Source of the DNA: Leptogorgia sarmentosa
Lineage: Eukaryota
Assembly (NCBI GenBank): GCA_964658305.1
Contig: OZ210885.1
Coordinates: 8,494,001 to 8,558,000 of the forward strand
Reading direction: 5' to 3'
DNA length: 64,000 bases
The notes below the pieces were generated by a model, which had not been told where the DNA came from, ran no database searches, and saw only the letters and a program-made list of their open reading frames with translations. How positions within the stretch are numbered: position 1 is the stretch's first letter; each line of letters starts with the position of its first letter. Shown here piece after piece: positions 26,891-38,981 of this stretch. Made by a program: the position numbers and the translations under genes.

Positions 26891-27899
26891 ACGAGATGGT
26901 TTAAAGAGATCAATAAAAATTCATTTGCCGTGCAATGCTATAACCAAATTCATTTGACATCAGTTGTTTGTTTACTTTGTTACTGTTGCTGCCAAACAGC
27001 CAAAGCGAAATGAAAAAATATATAAAATTGCTGCTTTTTTATTCCACATGACAATCATAAAAGGTAAATTCATTGAAATGATTTAATCACCCTGTTCAAT
27101 GGTTAAAATATACCGTTTACGACACAAAAATATTTCGCCGAAAATGTTCGTACTAAAAAGTATTTCCAAAAATATAGAAGGGAAATTAAATAAACTGGTG
27201 ATCGCATTTTTTAAAAATTTAAATTTTAACTTAAGATAAACTGCAAGTTTCCGATATATATTTCAATTTTTTTCATTAAAACAGACATACAAAAGAGATT
27301 TTTTAAGTTGTTTTGCCCAATGAAACGTTTTAACCTTCAGAAAGTCTATTTTGATTTAACACAAAAATCTAAAGTTCGTTAGTATTTTGAAATAATAAGA
27401 AGGCAGTCTTACATTTACAAAACGTAAACTTTCTTAAATTAAGCTGTTAACAGACTTAATGTGGCGCTAAACCAGCAATTCATAAAAATACGCAAAATTT
27501 TATATGCAAACAACACATACGCTTGTCCTGTATTTCAATCCACTGATCCTCGTTTCTCCTGCCTTCTCTATCTTTGCGAGAACGTATGCGTGCATTCCAA
27601 CGCCATTTCTAGCCATGACCTGATTGAGTGTTGTTAACGTTAGCATTGTCAGCATTACGCTTGGCCAGCCAATCACAGTTGGCTGGCCATTCTCTATAGT
27701 AATTTTCCAAGTTTTACCTTGGCCTAAAATAGTTTTATAACACTTGTTTTGCAGCAAATATCAAATTTGTTTTGACGTTTCTTGCAGAACCCTATAAGGT
27801 ATTGACTTGTTTATAACATAAATCATAATCTCCATACTGCAACCAATTGCAAAATACAACATTTTTTTTTTTCGCTTTCATTTGGCCTATTTTTAATGA

Positions 27900-28031
27900 A
27901 AATTTATGTTATTCGGAAACCCCACTGTAACTGAAATTTTTTATACATTGTTTTTCTTGGGCCGGTAAATACGCTTTTGAGCTGGAGCCGGGGGCAAATG
28001 CCCCCATTGCCCCCCAGATAATCCGGCACTG
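27900..28031 (-). repeat. hAT-like transposon end, inverted relative to 17174-17310
   Basis: Ends GATAATCCGGCACTG at 28031. Confidence 0.6.
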
Positions 28032-28448
28032 GGCCAAGTGAAAAAGATATTCAGACAAGATTTTAGGGGAAGTATTCAAAGAAATCCCGACTTTCTGGTT
28101 AACATATGCTCGAAAATTGTTTTTTCCCAAATGTCGCCGAATAGAATATCACACATAGCTCTAGAACATGTTCTATTTATTACTGAGATGGTTAAAGCTT
28201 TTCTCTTTAACACAATCAGGGCTAACAGATTTAATTTCCACATTTAATCTAAGAGTGATTTATCATTTTCGGTTGTTGAGTAGAAAAATAATATACCTTG
28301 ATGGCTACTTTGCCTCGATATTGTTCAACGTCTACGGACTGTATACTGCCATATTCGTCGTTATTCCTTGAGTGCCTACTATTATTGACATACGCAAACG
28401 GCTGGCAGAAATTTATTTTGGGCTCACTTTCTTTGGGATACTTAATTA

Positions 28449-28680
28449 AGCCTGGTTTCCATTAAATCGTAATTGTCGTAAAAGTCGCAGTGAAACGTTG
28501 CCAAGATTATAACGATTTATTGGAAACGTGAGTTGTGGCGATAATTACGACACTTACGATAAAGTCGCAAGAATAGGCTATTGGCGATTTTGGCGACAAC
28601 GACTTCAACGACATTTGTGAGTTTTACGATGATTACGACGGCGACTTTTACAACAATTACGATTTAATGGAAACCAGGCT
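28449..28680. mobile_element. PIF/Harbinger-like MITE
   Basis: About 40-bp TIR AGCCTGGTTTCCATTAAATCGTAATTGT / ACAATTACGATTTAATGGAAACCAGGCT with TTA on both sides (28446-28448, 28681-28683). Confidence 0.85.
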
Positions 28681-29979
28681 TTAGTAACCGCGCGTTCTTT
28701 ATAATATGTTGTATTGCAAAATCTATTCATATAAAAGGTTTTTACAGGCAATTTTGTCGAGCTTCGTTAGCTCAGGAGTTACGGTCCCGACTCGCCAGCA
28801 GCGACCCTACAGGTTCGATTCTCGCGTGTTGGCTTTTTGTCATTTTGTTTGTTTATTTTCAAGCTTTTTCTCTCAGCATTTTGTTGTTAGGGTCAGAATT
28901 ACTGTTTGGGCCTGGATTAGAAAAACAAAAAGAAAAAGAAAAGACAATATTTTTCTGTTTAGAGTCAGAATTGCCATATAATATTCTCGACCCAGTACCT
29001 CCCGAGCAAAGTGATCCCAAAATAAATTTGTGCAAACGGCTCACTCTGTACAATTCGTTTGGACCACTTGTGTGTTGCAGGCATGTTGAACTAATTCTAG
29101 AAGAGAATCACTGCTTCAATCAAGTATCAAACATTTAGAGTAGAAAGCAGTAAATAGCATACAAACAGCACCTGGTGTTAGCGCGTCTTTCCTATCAGCC
29201 AATAAGGGACTAGGAAAACTATCTGCCCGGAAAACGGTGACAGCATCGTTACCTCAAAATGTATACAAAAGGAAGATAAAATTTTGGAAATAATCCTAAG
29301 CGTGTATCCGTACAAACAACTTTTTACTTCGCACGAACAACATGTTTGTTGTTTGTGCCCACGGGACAGTACAAACAACATGCATGGTTGTGCCCACAAA
29401 TTGCTACATGTTTTTAACCACTGATAATATTAATCTTATTTTTATGTTTTTATACTTGCATTACTTCCGCGACAAATTATACGTACGTAAAACCAGAGCA
29501 AAATTCATTCCCCTGATATAGGTATATTCACTGACAGTGTATACCTACTGTTAAGAAAAGCTTTGTATTTTGAAAGATAACAAACAAATAAAATTTACTA
29601 AACAAAAAAATCAGAAATAGTTTCGACATGTCATCATGAAAAGAAATTCCGAAATCTCTTGGCACAAAAATCTACCAGCCACCTGATTATGATTCCTCTT
29701 GGAATCTCTTCCTTTTGATGGATCAAGCCGTTCAGGCTAATAGTATGCACGCACCGCACGGAAAAGTTCAGGTCCTTTCTGATCGTTACTTGGCCGCGCA
29801 AGCCGTAGAGGTTAAAATATTCGATGTTCGAAGCCAAATGTCTGCCGCCAGCCTTTACGCCATTTACGAAACAGTAAAGGCTGCCTTAGAGAAGGACGAT
29901 AAGCAATATCTTGAGGATATTGAAGCTGATCTGAAAAAGCAAGTCTATGACCGAATGACGTACCGAAGCGTACTATTAA

Positions 29980-30139
29980 TAGCGAGGTTCAGATTTTACT
30001 TCCACTACCACTGCCGCTACCATTAAGAGACCATAAACCAATCAGATTCTTCAAGTCTGTTCGGTTAACCAATCACATTCGCGATAGGTAAGTGTATGGT
30101 TGCGGTAGCGGTAGTGGAAGTCAAATCTGAACCTCCCTA
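29980..30139. mobile_element. Short palindromic MITE
   Basis: TAGCGAGGTTCAGATTTTACTTCCACTACC / GGTAGTGGAAGTCAAATCTGAACCTCCCTA inverted arms. Confidence 0.7.
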
Positions 30140-32303
30140 ATGAGTTGTTGGGTGCTGTGAATAGCAATGCTTCGTGCATAAATACAGCGGCTTTATACAG
30201 GCGTTTGGGCAGGACGTTTCGGTTTGTTTATACTTTGTTTCTGCCTCGTTTACTTAACTATTGACTTTGATATATATTACTATTTACTATAATATTTATC
30301 TAGTGTAAACTACAGGCACTGAAGCACACTGGCTATGTGACAAAGCTTTATGTAATATGACCTCGACAGCATGTATAATGGTAGATGCAACAAGCAAAAT
30401 AGATAATGTTGCCCACTGCTCAGTGCCATTCAGTGTCACCCTGTACTCATTGTTTTTCTTGTTATTCCCGGCTATGTATTAGAGATACCATGCAGCTGTT
30501 TTAATACTTACTACTCTTTTACACAATAATCAATATTTTGGAATCCCAGCTTATTTATTATTTTATATTTTAGATCTGATGTTACTGGAAACTGCTTGAA
30601 TAGTTCTGTGTCCTTGGTACAAGTAGGTACAAATATCTAGTGCAATCATTAAGAGTTTTGACATCAATAGAGCTTTTTACCAATGCGGAATTTTATTCTG
30701 AGTACCCCTGAATCTCTTCTGTTGTGAATGACATTCTGAGTATTTCAGCAACAATGATAACACGAAATATGATAAAGTTGCATATTACTCTAATTAGCTT
30801 ATTTTATGAAAGAAAAGCAAATTTTATCCCAATATCACATGAATTTGTTTTCTTTCAAAATTTCGCTTTTTTACCCTAAAACAGCATCACAAAAATGACC
30901 TTATGTTATTTTTGGAACAATCTTTTAATATTAACTAACCAAGACTAAAACACTAACCAAGCCCAAAACATATGCTGGATATGCAAGATAATGCTGGAAA
31001 ATTAATCAAGTAATCAGGTATATTTGCAACAGCAACATAACCATTGAAAAACACCCTGAAAAACATTGCAAAACAATATATATGATATATCTTTAAATAA
31101 CATTAGAATGATAAAGTTGTCCGCAAAATGTTGAGACCACACCATAACTAACATAAATAATTAGCATGAAAAGCTACTGTGGCAAAATGTCCTAGAAACA
31201 TCGAAACCATCACATAGTTATTGGAGAATAGGTTGTTTGCAACGGCGTAAATTTGGAATTTCAGTTGACTGGCAGGTATTGCGAAAATCGATCCAATTGG
31301 AAAGATTTTAAGATTTAGAGACAATATTCGTCAGAGATATATTCGGCTAACAAAGAACAAACAAATACGTGGCTTCTAGACGACTTGAAGATTTACAGTG
31401 GTATCTATAGACCACCTGGGGATAAGTTGCCAGAAGTAGATGACACCTGGCAACATGTGCACAGTTTTGTTGCTGTGGCAATGGAGAATATTCAAGTGTC
31501 CCTGTCATCCGGAAGGTCATTGAAAAGTTGGAAAAATCGATCAAAATACATTATTGGAAAGGTTCCTGGAACAAGTAAGAAGTGGACCCCGTGGCTTAAT
31601 TATAGAAAGCCTTGCGTAGATGAACTGCCAAAGGAGTGCATTTACTTGTCAGACGTTCAACTTGACGATGACTCAAAACTTCAGACTTCAACTAAAAGGC
31701 AAATAAGGAATTTTTTAAAAAACAAAGAATAAGGTTAGATTGAGAAAGGAAGTTTTAATTAGTATTGATATGAAATAAATTCTGTGGAAATTAGTCCGAT
31801 TGGTCTCGATGCCAACTCATTCATACAGACAGATGCTGGTTTTGTTGTTTTAAAGGCAGCTTTATAACTGAATTGTAACTGAATTCAAATTTCGACCTGG
31901 GAAAGCAGTTTCATCACTTCGCTAGATCTCACAGGTTTTGTGAGAAATTGAGCCAAGTTCTCAAAAGCGTCAGCTATTATCCGACCATGGTTTCAAGTTA
32001 TTTTGTATTTCGTGTAAAGCTGAAAACGTTCGATTGAAATGAAGCGCTGTGAGAATGGCGTAATGTTACAGTATGTCCTCTGTAAACGGGACATAAAAAA
32101 ACTGCATTTCATTTTTTCAACGTCGACAATGCTGTAAAGAAGTCTGGTAATAGTAATTGAAAGGACGTGAGCCACCTTAAGTGGTTACCAGTCCGATGAA
32201 CGAGAGAACATGTGTTATGAAAGAAATGTTAACGTTTGAACGTATGTAAGAGAAATTTAGCCCTTTTTCTAAAGTTTTCATATTAAATCATCAAATTATA
32301 ACA

Positions 32304-32321
32304 TGGCGCCCAACGCGGGGC
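32304..32321 (+). promoter_or_regulatory. Primer-binding site complementary to tRNA-Lys(CTT)
   Basis: TGGCGCCCAACGCGGGGC directly after ...ACA; one mismatch to the classical TGGCGCCCAACGTGGGGC. Confidence 0.85.
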
Positions 32322-32337
32322 TGAATTTCATTGAAAA

Positions 32338-35219
32338 ATGACCGAACTTAAGGAGAAATTAACGCGAATACGAGCTGTGCGCGGGGGAAATCGAGGTGTT
32401 ATTACCAAGTTGATCAATGAAGCCGAAGCACACTTGGAGGAAGAAATCGTACCACGAGGACCATTGAACACGATCACTGGGTTACTCGAAGAAAAGCTTA
32501 CCTTTGTAAAGGAGTTAGACCAGAGAATAATCGAAATTTGCGAAGTTGACGACATAGTAAATGAAATCGAAGAAGCAGAGGAGTTAGTATCGAGAGTTTT
32601 AGACACTCAACGACATATATTTGAGAAAACGCACAAGGTCGAAGAGGCCCATAACGAAGTACAAGGTGGTCAGAGCCTAGACAATGTGCCGACGATTATT
32701 ACGAACGAGGAACTGGTGCAACAACAACAAAGCGAAGAAACTGTCCCTAGCACGTCGGCTAGCAATAGCAACACAAGTAATAGTCAATCTGTGTCAACAA
32801 GTCAACCCGAGATAGCTGAATCCGCAGGTACAGAAGGTACAGTGAATAATGAGCACAATTCTGTTAATATTAGCAACCATAATGCGCCAGTGTCCACACA
32901 AAACCGATCAAAACTACCAAAGCTTGTTTTACCAAAATTTCGGGGCGAGGTGACTCAATGGAGAACGTTTTGGGACAGTTTTAACAGTGCCATACATACC
33001 AACAGCTATTTAACGAAGATAGACAAATTTAATCATTTAAATTCATTACTGGAGGGACAGGCTTTACGTGCAATTCAAGGACTAACCCTNNNNNNNNNNN
33101 NNNNNNNNNNNNNNNNNNNNNNNNNNNNNNNNNNNNNNNNNNNNNNNNNNNNNNNNNNNNNNNNNNNNNNNNNNNNNNNNNNNNNNNNNGACGGAAAGCA
33201 ACTATGAATCAGCTATCGATATACTAAATCAACGTTTTGGTAAACCGCAGCATGTTATTTCTACACAAATGGACGAACTCCTAAAAATTCCAGCATGCAC
33301 CACTGATAAAACCTCACAACTACGATTTGTTTACGATAAGATTAGCATAAATGTGCGAGGACTAGAAGCACTGAGGGTCAACTCGAGCCAGTATGGTAGT
33401 CTTTTAATACCGGTTGTCATGTCCAAGCTACCACCAGATGTTCGACTTCAGATTGCGAGAAACACTGCACAAGATGTATGGGAAATGTCGGAGCTGTTAG
33501 GTGTTATTAGAAAAGAAGTCGAAGCACGAGAGATAAGTGATGGAATCAAAGTGAATTCTGAAAAACCCAAAGTATCACAACTGAAACCAACATCCCAAGG
33601 TTCTGCTGCTGCATTGGTAGCTAATTCCTCACATTCAGAAAATAAAATTCAATGTGTGTATTGTTCTGGTAATCATTTTTCTGCCTCTTGCATGAAGACC
33701 AGCGAAGCGCAGGCTCGACTAGAAATCCTAAAACGAGATCGAAGATGTTTTGTTTGCCTCAAAAGGGGGCACCGAAGTAATCAGTGTTCTAATCAAAGGG
33801 GTTGTAGACGATGTAATGGTAGGCACCACCAATCTATCTGCAATCGACGTTCGTCAACAATGTTCACGAAACCTGATACAAAAGAGTTAGCAGCCCCATC
33901 GAAAGGAAGTGAAGGTGTTCATTGGTCCCAAACCATTGGGCGACAAATCCAACCTGAAACACCAAACCCTAGTACCCACTCAGTACATGTCCAGAGCACC
34001 ACCACTACCACCAGTGCAAGGGGACAAGTTATGTTACAAACAGCCACTGCCTTAGCAACCAATGAAGATGGATCTAGAACAACCAGAGTAAAAATACTAT
34101 TTGACAGTGGGAGTCAACGCTCCTACATCACTGATAGTTTGAAATCAAGATTGAACATAAAACCCAAGAAAACCGAAACACTGCATCTCAACACATTTGG
34201 TGAACGAAGTTACCGAAAGCAGAAGTGTGAATTGTCGCCATTGTTCCTCCGAACCAATAAAAAGGAAGATGTTAGGATTTCTGCACTCAGCTTTCCGGTT
34301 ATTTGCTCTCCTTTAGCTACAAAAATCGAAGTGGATCAGTACTCCCATTTACAAGGTTTACAACTGGCTGACAGTTCTGACTCTGATGATTCTATTGATG
34401 TCCTTATTGGTTCCGACCATTATTGGGACTTTGTTGAAGGTGATACAATTCGAGGAGAATGGGGGCCTGTAGCAATTGAAAGCAAGTTCGGCTGGCTTCT
34501 CTCTGGACCAACCAACAATGGGTTGTGCAATGAGATATGCACAACAAATCTGGTGATATCGGGTTGCAGCGTCAACCAGTATGAAACAACACAAGATCCA
34601 TTAGTTGATGTATTAAAGAAATTCTGGGAGACAGAATCAATTGGAATCAAAGGAGATCCAGAGTCCAAGGAAATTATCGAATCATTCAACGAGAGCGTGC
34701 ATTTCAACGGAAAACGATATGAAGTTAGCATGGAAGCAAGGTTGCCCTTCAATACCGAGTGACTATCAGTTGTGTGAGAAACGTTTAAGATCTCTACATC
34801 GCAAGTTGTTACACCAGCCAGAGTTACTACGAGAATACGATCAAATTATCCAACAGCAGACACGTGATGGAATTGTAGAAAGAGTTCCAGACGAAGAGAC
34901 CAAAACCACTGATAAAGAATCTGTCCACTATTTACCCCATCATGGAGTTGTACGACGAGATCGCGTGACGACCAAACTTCGCATTGTTTATGATGGGTCA
35001 GCCAAGCCACCAGACCGTGAATATTCATTAAATGATTGTTTAGAGACGGGCCCTAACTATATCCCTCAGTTGTTTGACACGCTTGTCAAATTTAGATGGC
35101 ATAGAATTGGCCTAACTGCAGACATTGAAAAGGCCTTTCTCATGGTTGCAGTTAACGACATGAATAAGGATATGTTACGTTTTCTTTGGCTGAAAGAACC
35201 AAACGATCCGAACTCAGAA
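32338..35219 (+). pseudogene. BEL/Pao gag-pro-pol polyprotein (frameshifted and truncated)
   Basis: KLPKLVLPKFRG...FWDSF gag region; three Cys/His knuckles (CVYC..H..C, CFVC..GH..C, CRRC..HH..C); protease LFDSGSQRSY; RT YLPHHGV, KLRIVYD, LNDCLETGP, ADIEKAFL; frameshift near 34725; coding similarity stops at about 35219. Confidence 0.88.
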
Positions 35220-36150
35220 TTTTATGGAAAAATAAAATAAATATAAATATAAAACGGCAATAAATGATGTGTCCGACCATCAATGAGGTGTCCGACTGTC
35301 TACGGAAAAAAAATTTGCGCCGGCGACCTTTCAGGCAATTAGTAAATATACGCAAAACAAAAGTTCACTGCCGACAACATATTGACGAACTATCCTGTGT
35401 TTCAATCCATGGTCGTTTCGTCCCATTTCTCAGCGTTTTATATTTTCCGAGAAGGCTTTTAAAGTCTTACGCGCAGATCTCGTCTTTGTTTTCCCCTTTC
35501 CAAAGCTTTAAGAAGCTCCTTGAAAGCTTTAAAAAGCTTCGACTCTTCATGATAGTCCATGGTATTTTAGAGATCAGTGATGACCGACGATGCACCATGA
35601 CCGAAAATGGCGGCCAAATCGAGCAACTTTGGACTCCGCTATGTTGCCCTTTACCCGGGTGCAAATAGCCGTGTGGGATTATTACCCTCACCCCGGGCTA
35701 ACGCCCGGACGGCGCTTCGCGCCATGGCTCGGGGATAAACATAATAATAATTTTGAATGGGGGATCAGGCAGCTGGAGCAGTCGGTGTAATGGCAAGGGT
35801 GCGGATTTCCGCGCAGAGCACCCGCGTTCGATCCCAATCGGGGTACAATATTTTTTTCCTTATTTTATTCGACCTTTAATTTCAAACTTTAATTTTGTCA
35901 AAGATTTTTCAATCATATATTTAAAAAATACGCATATAATTTTGCCAATGATTAAAGTTAAGGTTAGGATTAGGGTTTCGGTTTGCGTTAGTGTTAAGCA
36001 CTGTTGAGGCGCTGAATACGAGTGAAAGCGGTGCCGACAATCTCGGAGGTGTCCGACCGTCAACGGACATATAGGTGGCTCATATATATATCGAGAAAGC
36101 GCCGAAGCTATTTTCCCTTTCGTAAACGGTCGTTGCTTTCCGAAACGGTC

Positions 36151-36396
36151 AGTAGTATTATATAGGCCGATCGAGCCCCTTTTTCAGGGTGGTGCAGGGT
36201 GGTACAGGGTGGTGCAGGGTGGTGTAGGGTGGTGCAGGCTGCGTGAGGTGGTGCGAGGCTGCGCAGGGGTGCGCAGGGATGCGCATGCGTATTGAGGCCA
36301 TGAACTCATTAGAATATCGTGTTCTGATTGGTTGAATTTCACAATTCGGATACGTATCGGGATACGTGTCTGATCGTGCCCTGATTGTTTGAACAG
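36151..36396 (+). repeat. Polinton left TIR
   Basis: Reverse complement of 51658-51903; starts AGTAGT; contains 10-bp AGGGTGGTGC-type repeats. Confidence 0.95.
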
Positions 36397-36504
36397 CGTC
36401 TTTACAATTCGGATACGTAACGCCATAGTGGCATAAAACTATATACCTTTACCAGCGAGTCTACATCATTGATTTAGTCCTTACCGCTGGTGATTTGTAT
36501 TAAA

Positions 36505-36576
36505 GCTGTGATAGTATAGTGGTTATTACGATGCGTTGTGGCCGCAAAAACCCAGGTTCGATTCCTGGTCATGGCA
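36505..36576 (+). tRNA. tRNA-His(GTG)-like gene inside the Polinton
   Basis: 72 nt; acceptor stem GCTGTGA/TCATGGC plus discriminator A; A-box TAGTATAGTGG; anticodon arm TGCG-TTGTGGC-CGCA (GTG at 36538-36540); T arm CCAGG-TTCGATT-CCTGG; T6 terminator at 36579-36584. Confidence 0.85.
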
Positions 36577-36925
36577 TCTTTTTTCAGTAATGTATTATAA
36601 TAGCCAATATAATTATAACTTATCCTCGGATACGTATGCGGATACGTATCGGGATACGTGTCTGATCGTGCCCTGATTGTTTGAACAGCGTCTTTACAAT
36701 TCGGATACATGTTCTGATTGTTTGAACAGCGTCTTTACAATTCGGATACGTATGTGGATACGTGTCTTGTCTGATCGTGTCCTGATTTCTTTACAATTCG
36801 GATACGTATCTGGTAATGCTCTGATTGGTCGAACAGCGTAATGTTACGCTACAGCCGCGCTGTGATTGGTTCATGGTTTTGGCCATAAGGCTATATAACT
36901 CCACTGTCAACTCATACCCACATCA

Positions 36926-37684
36926 ATGTTTGGGTTACACTTGGTTTGGTGTCTTTGCTTTAGTCAAAAATCGACAATTTTTCAAGACGCTAGTGAAGGA
37001 TTGGATCGTTTGAAAAAAGCCTTGGAGAACCTAGAAGCTTGTCGTAATACAATGGAATGTTTACACGGTTTACCAGCATCGTCTACAGTGACTCAGAAGG
37101 GAACGTTTTGGTTTTGTGGTCAGAAGCCGAGTTGTGAGTTCTTTTGCCCCGATCAAGATTGCTATATGTTTGGAAAAGCTACGACAGCTTTTCGTGAAAG
37201 TGGTTGCCTTCATCCAAGGTGTTACGGACATGGGCGCTTGGCAAAGATGCGAATGGTTAAAGATACGAATAATCAGAGCTATGGTAGACCATTTTTCGTG
37301 TGTTCTGAAAGAGACAATCCTTGTTCGTTTTGGCAGTGGGGTGATGTTTTTGAAGGTATCAAACCCGTCTGCAACCATAATTTGATATGTCGCACCAAGA
37401 AAGTGAAGAAAGAGGGCCCTAATCAAGATCGTTTATTCTATTGCTGTTCTCATCCGAGAGAGAGTGCTTGTGACTTCTTCGCGTGGAAACCCGACGAAGA
37501 TCCCCTTGAATCGGGTTGTACGTGTTTGTTTAGTATGCCACCGTCCTACCGATATACAGTGCGCAAGAGTGGGGAGACGTTTACAAGCCACGAAACGGAC
37601 CGAAGGAAAGCCTACGAGGAATTTCTTCGCCAAAAGGAAGTTGATGAACTGATTGAGGGATTTTCGAACATGCGGATTAGCTAA
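36926..37684 (+). CDS. Polinton protein with three GRF-type zinc fingers (first ATG at 37052)
   Basis: CLHG...FWFC...CEFF; CYGHG...GRPFFVC...CSFWQW; CNHN...GPNQDRLFYCC...CDFFAW. Confidence 0.8.
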   Translation: MFGLHLVWCLCFSQKSTIFQDASEGLDRLKKALENLEACRNTMECLHGLPASSTVTQKGTFWFCGQKPSCEFFCPDQDCYMFGKATTAFRESGCLHPRCYGHGRLAKMRMVKDTNNQSYGRPFFVCSERDNPCSFWQWGDVFEGIKPVCNHNLICRTKKVKKEGPNQDRLFYCCSHPRESACDFFAWKPDEDPLESGCTCLFSMPPSYRYTVRKSGETFTSHETDRRKAYEEFLRQKEVDELIEGFSNMRIS

Positions 37685-37898
37685 TAATTTGAACAAAACT
37701 GTATCTTTGTATGTATTTAAATAAATATTTTTGTATTTATATCGTGTCATTATGTTGTCGTTGTTCATTTTTAACCTACTTTACCTAGAGTGAACATGTC
37801 ATGTTTAAAGGGTGGATTGCCCTCTATAAAATTTAGACGAATACGTTGCATGTTTGCATGTTGCTCGGGAAAGATTGTGATTCAACAGTCCAACCTTG

Positions 37899-38981
37899 AT
37901 GGCGGAGAAATACCTCCACAACCTGTATTACAATCCCGAAAGTCCGGCAAGTTTTGGCGGTGTGGAGGCTGTTTACCGTGCCGTAAAAGAAGACGGTAAA
38001 TTCCAACTTTCTCGAAATAAAATAAGAACCTGGTTGAAACAACAAGATACATACACTTTACATAAACCAGTCCGATACAGATTTAAGAGAAATAGAGTGA
38101 TTGTTGGGGGTATAGATAAAGAATGGGAAGCTGATTTAGTTATTATGGATTCCCTGAGAAAAGAAAACACTGGTTACAAATATATTTTGACCGTTATTGA
38201 TGTATTTTCTAAGTATGCATGGGCAGAACCCTTGAAGACAAAGTCTGGGGAAAACTTGGTTAAAGCGTTTGAAAAGATATTGAGAAAAGGTCGGAAACCC
38301 GAGAAGTTTCATTCTGACAAGGGGACTGAGTTCACGAATAAACACTTTCAAACATTTCTAAAGAAAAAGAAAATCCTATTTTTCACCACATATAACGAAA
38401 CCAAAGCGTCAGTAGTTGAAAGGTTTAATCGAACGTTGAAAGGGAAAATGTGGAAATATTTCACTGCCAACAACACACTAAAGTATATTGACGTCCTACA
38501 AAAATTAGTGCGTTCCTATAATCATTCGAGACACCGTAGTATTGGGATGCGACCATTTGATGTCAATGTCGAAAACGAAAATATTGTGTGGGAAAGATTA
38601 TATGGTGGTGAGGGAAATAAACGCAGCAAGTACAAGTTTAGTGTTGGCGACCAGGTTCGAATAAGTAAAGCGAGACGAACGTTTAAAAAAGGCTACCTAC
38701 CCAATTGGACTGAAGAAGTGTTTACTATCACAAAGCTGATACCAAGGAAACCCCCTGTGTATAAAATTGCTGATTATCACGGAGATGAATTAGAAGGCAC
38801 GTTTTATGAAGAGGAACTACAAAACGTTATCAAGCGAGATAGTGACTATTATAGAGTGGAGAAAGTTATCAAATCACGCATGCGTAATAAACAGAAGGAG
38901 TATTTTGTCAAATGGTTAGGTTATCCAGATAGTTTTAATTCCTGGATACCGGCTAGCAATGTAAAGAAAACTTCGAAATAA
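37899..38981 (+). CDS. Polinton retroviral-like DDE integrase with C-terminal chromodomain
   Basis: WEADL, YILTVIDVFSKY, SDKGTEF, VERFNRTLK; C-terminal YRVEKVI...YFVKWLGY...NSWIP. Confidence 0.95.
   Translation: MAEKYLHNLYYNPESPASFGGVEAVYRAVKEDGKFQLSRNKIRTWLKQQDTYTLHKPVRYRFKRNRVIVGGIDKEWEADLVIMDSLRKENTGYKYILTVIDVFSKYAWAEPLKTKSGENLVKAFEKILRKGRKPEKFHSDKGTEFTNKHFQTFLKKKKILFFTTYNETKASVVERFNRTLKGKMWKYFTANNTLKYIDVLQKLVRSYNHSRHRSIGMRPFDVNVENENIVWERLYGGEGNKRSKYKFSVGDQVRISKARRTFKKGYLPNWTEEVFTITKLIPRKPPVYKIADYHGDELEGTFYEEELQNVIKRDSDYYRVEKVIKSRMRNKQKEYFVKWLGYPDSFNSWIPASNVKKTSK

Larger units (their letters stand above)
32213..35219 (+). mobile_element. BEL/Pao LTR retrotransposon, 3'-truncated
   Basis: Candidate short 5' LTR TGTTAT...ATAACA (32213-32303), then PBS, gag, protease and start of RT; no RNase H, integrase or 3' LTR seen; 100-N gap at 33090-33189. 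Confidence 0.88.

Noticed and set aside
29637..29639. In-frame TGA as selenocysteine
   Set aside because: No recognisable selenoprotein motif or SECIS; a nonsense mutation or non-coding sequence is more likely.
33090..33189. Frame change in BEL gag
   Set aside because: It spans a 100-N assembly gap, so the frame cannot be judged.
35777..35846. Functional tRNA gene
   Set aside because: A/B-box-like motifs are present but acceptor and T stems do not pair; the same applies to about 28760-28826 and 51986-52065.
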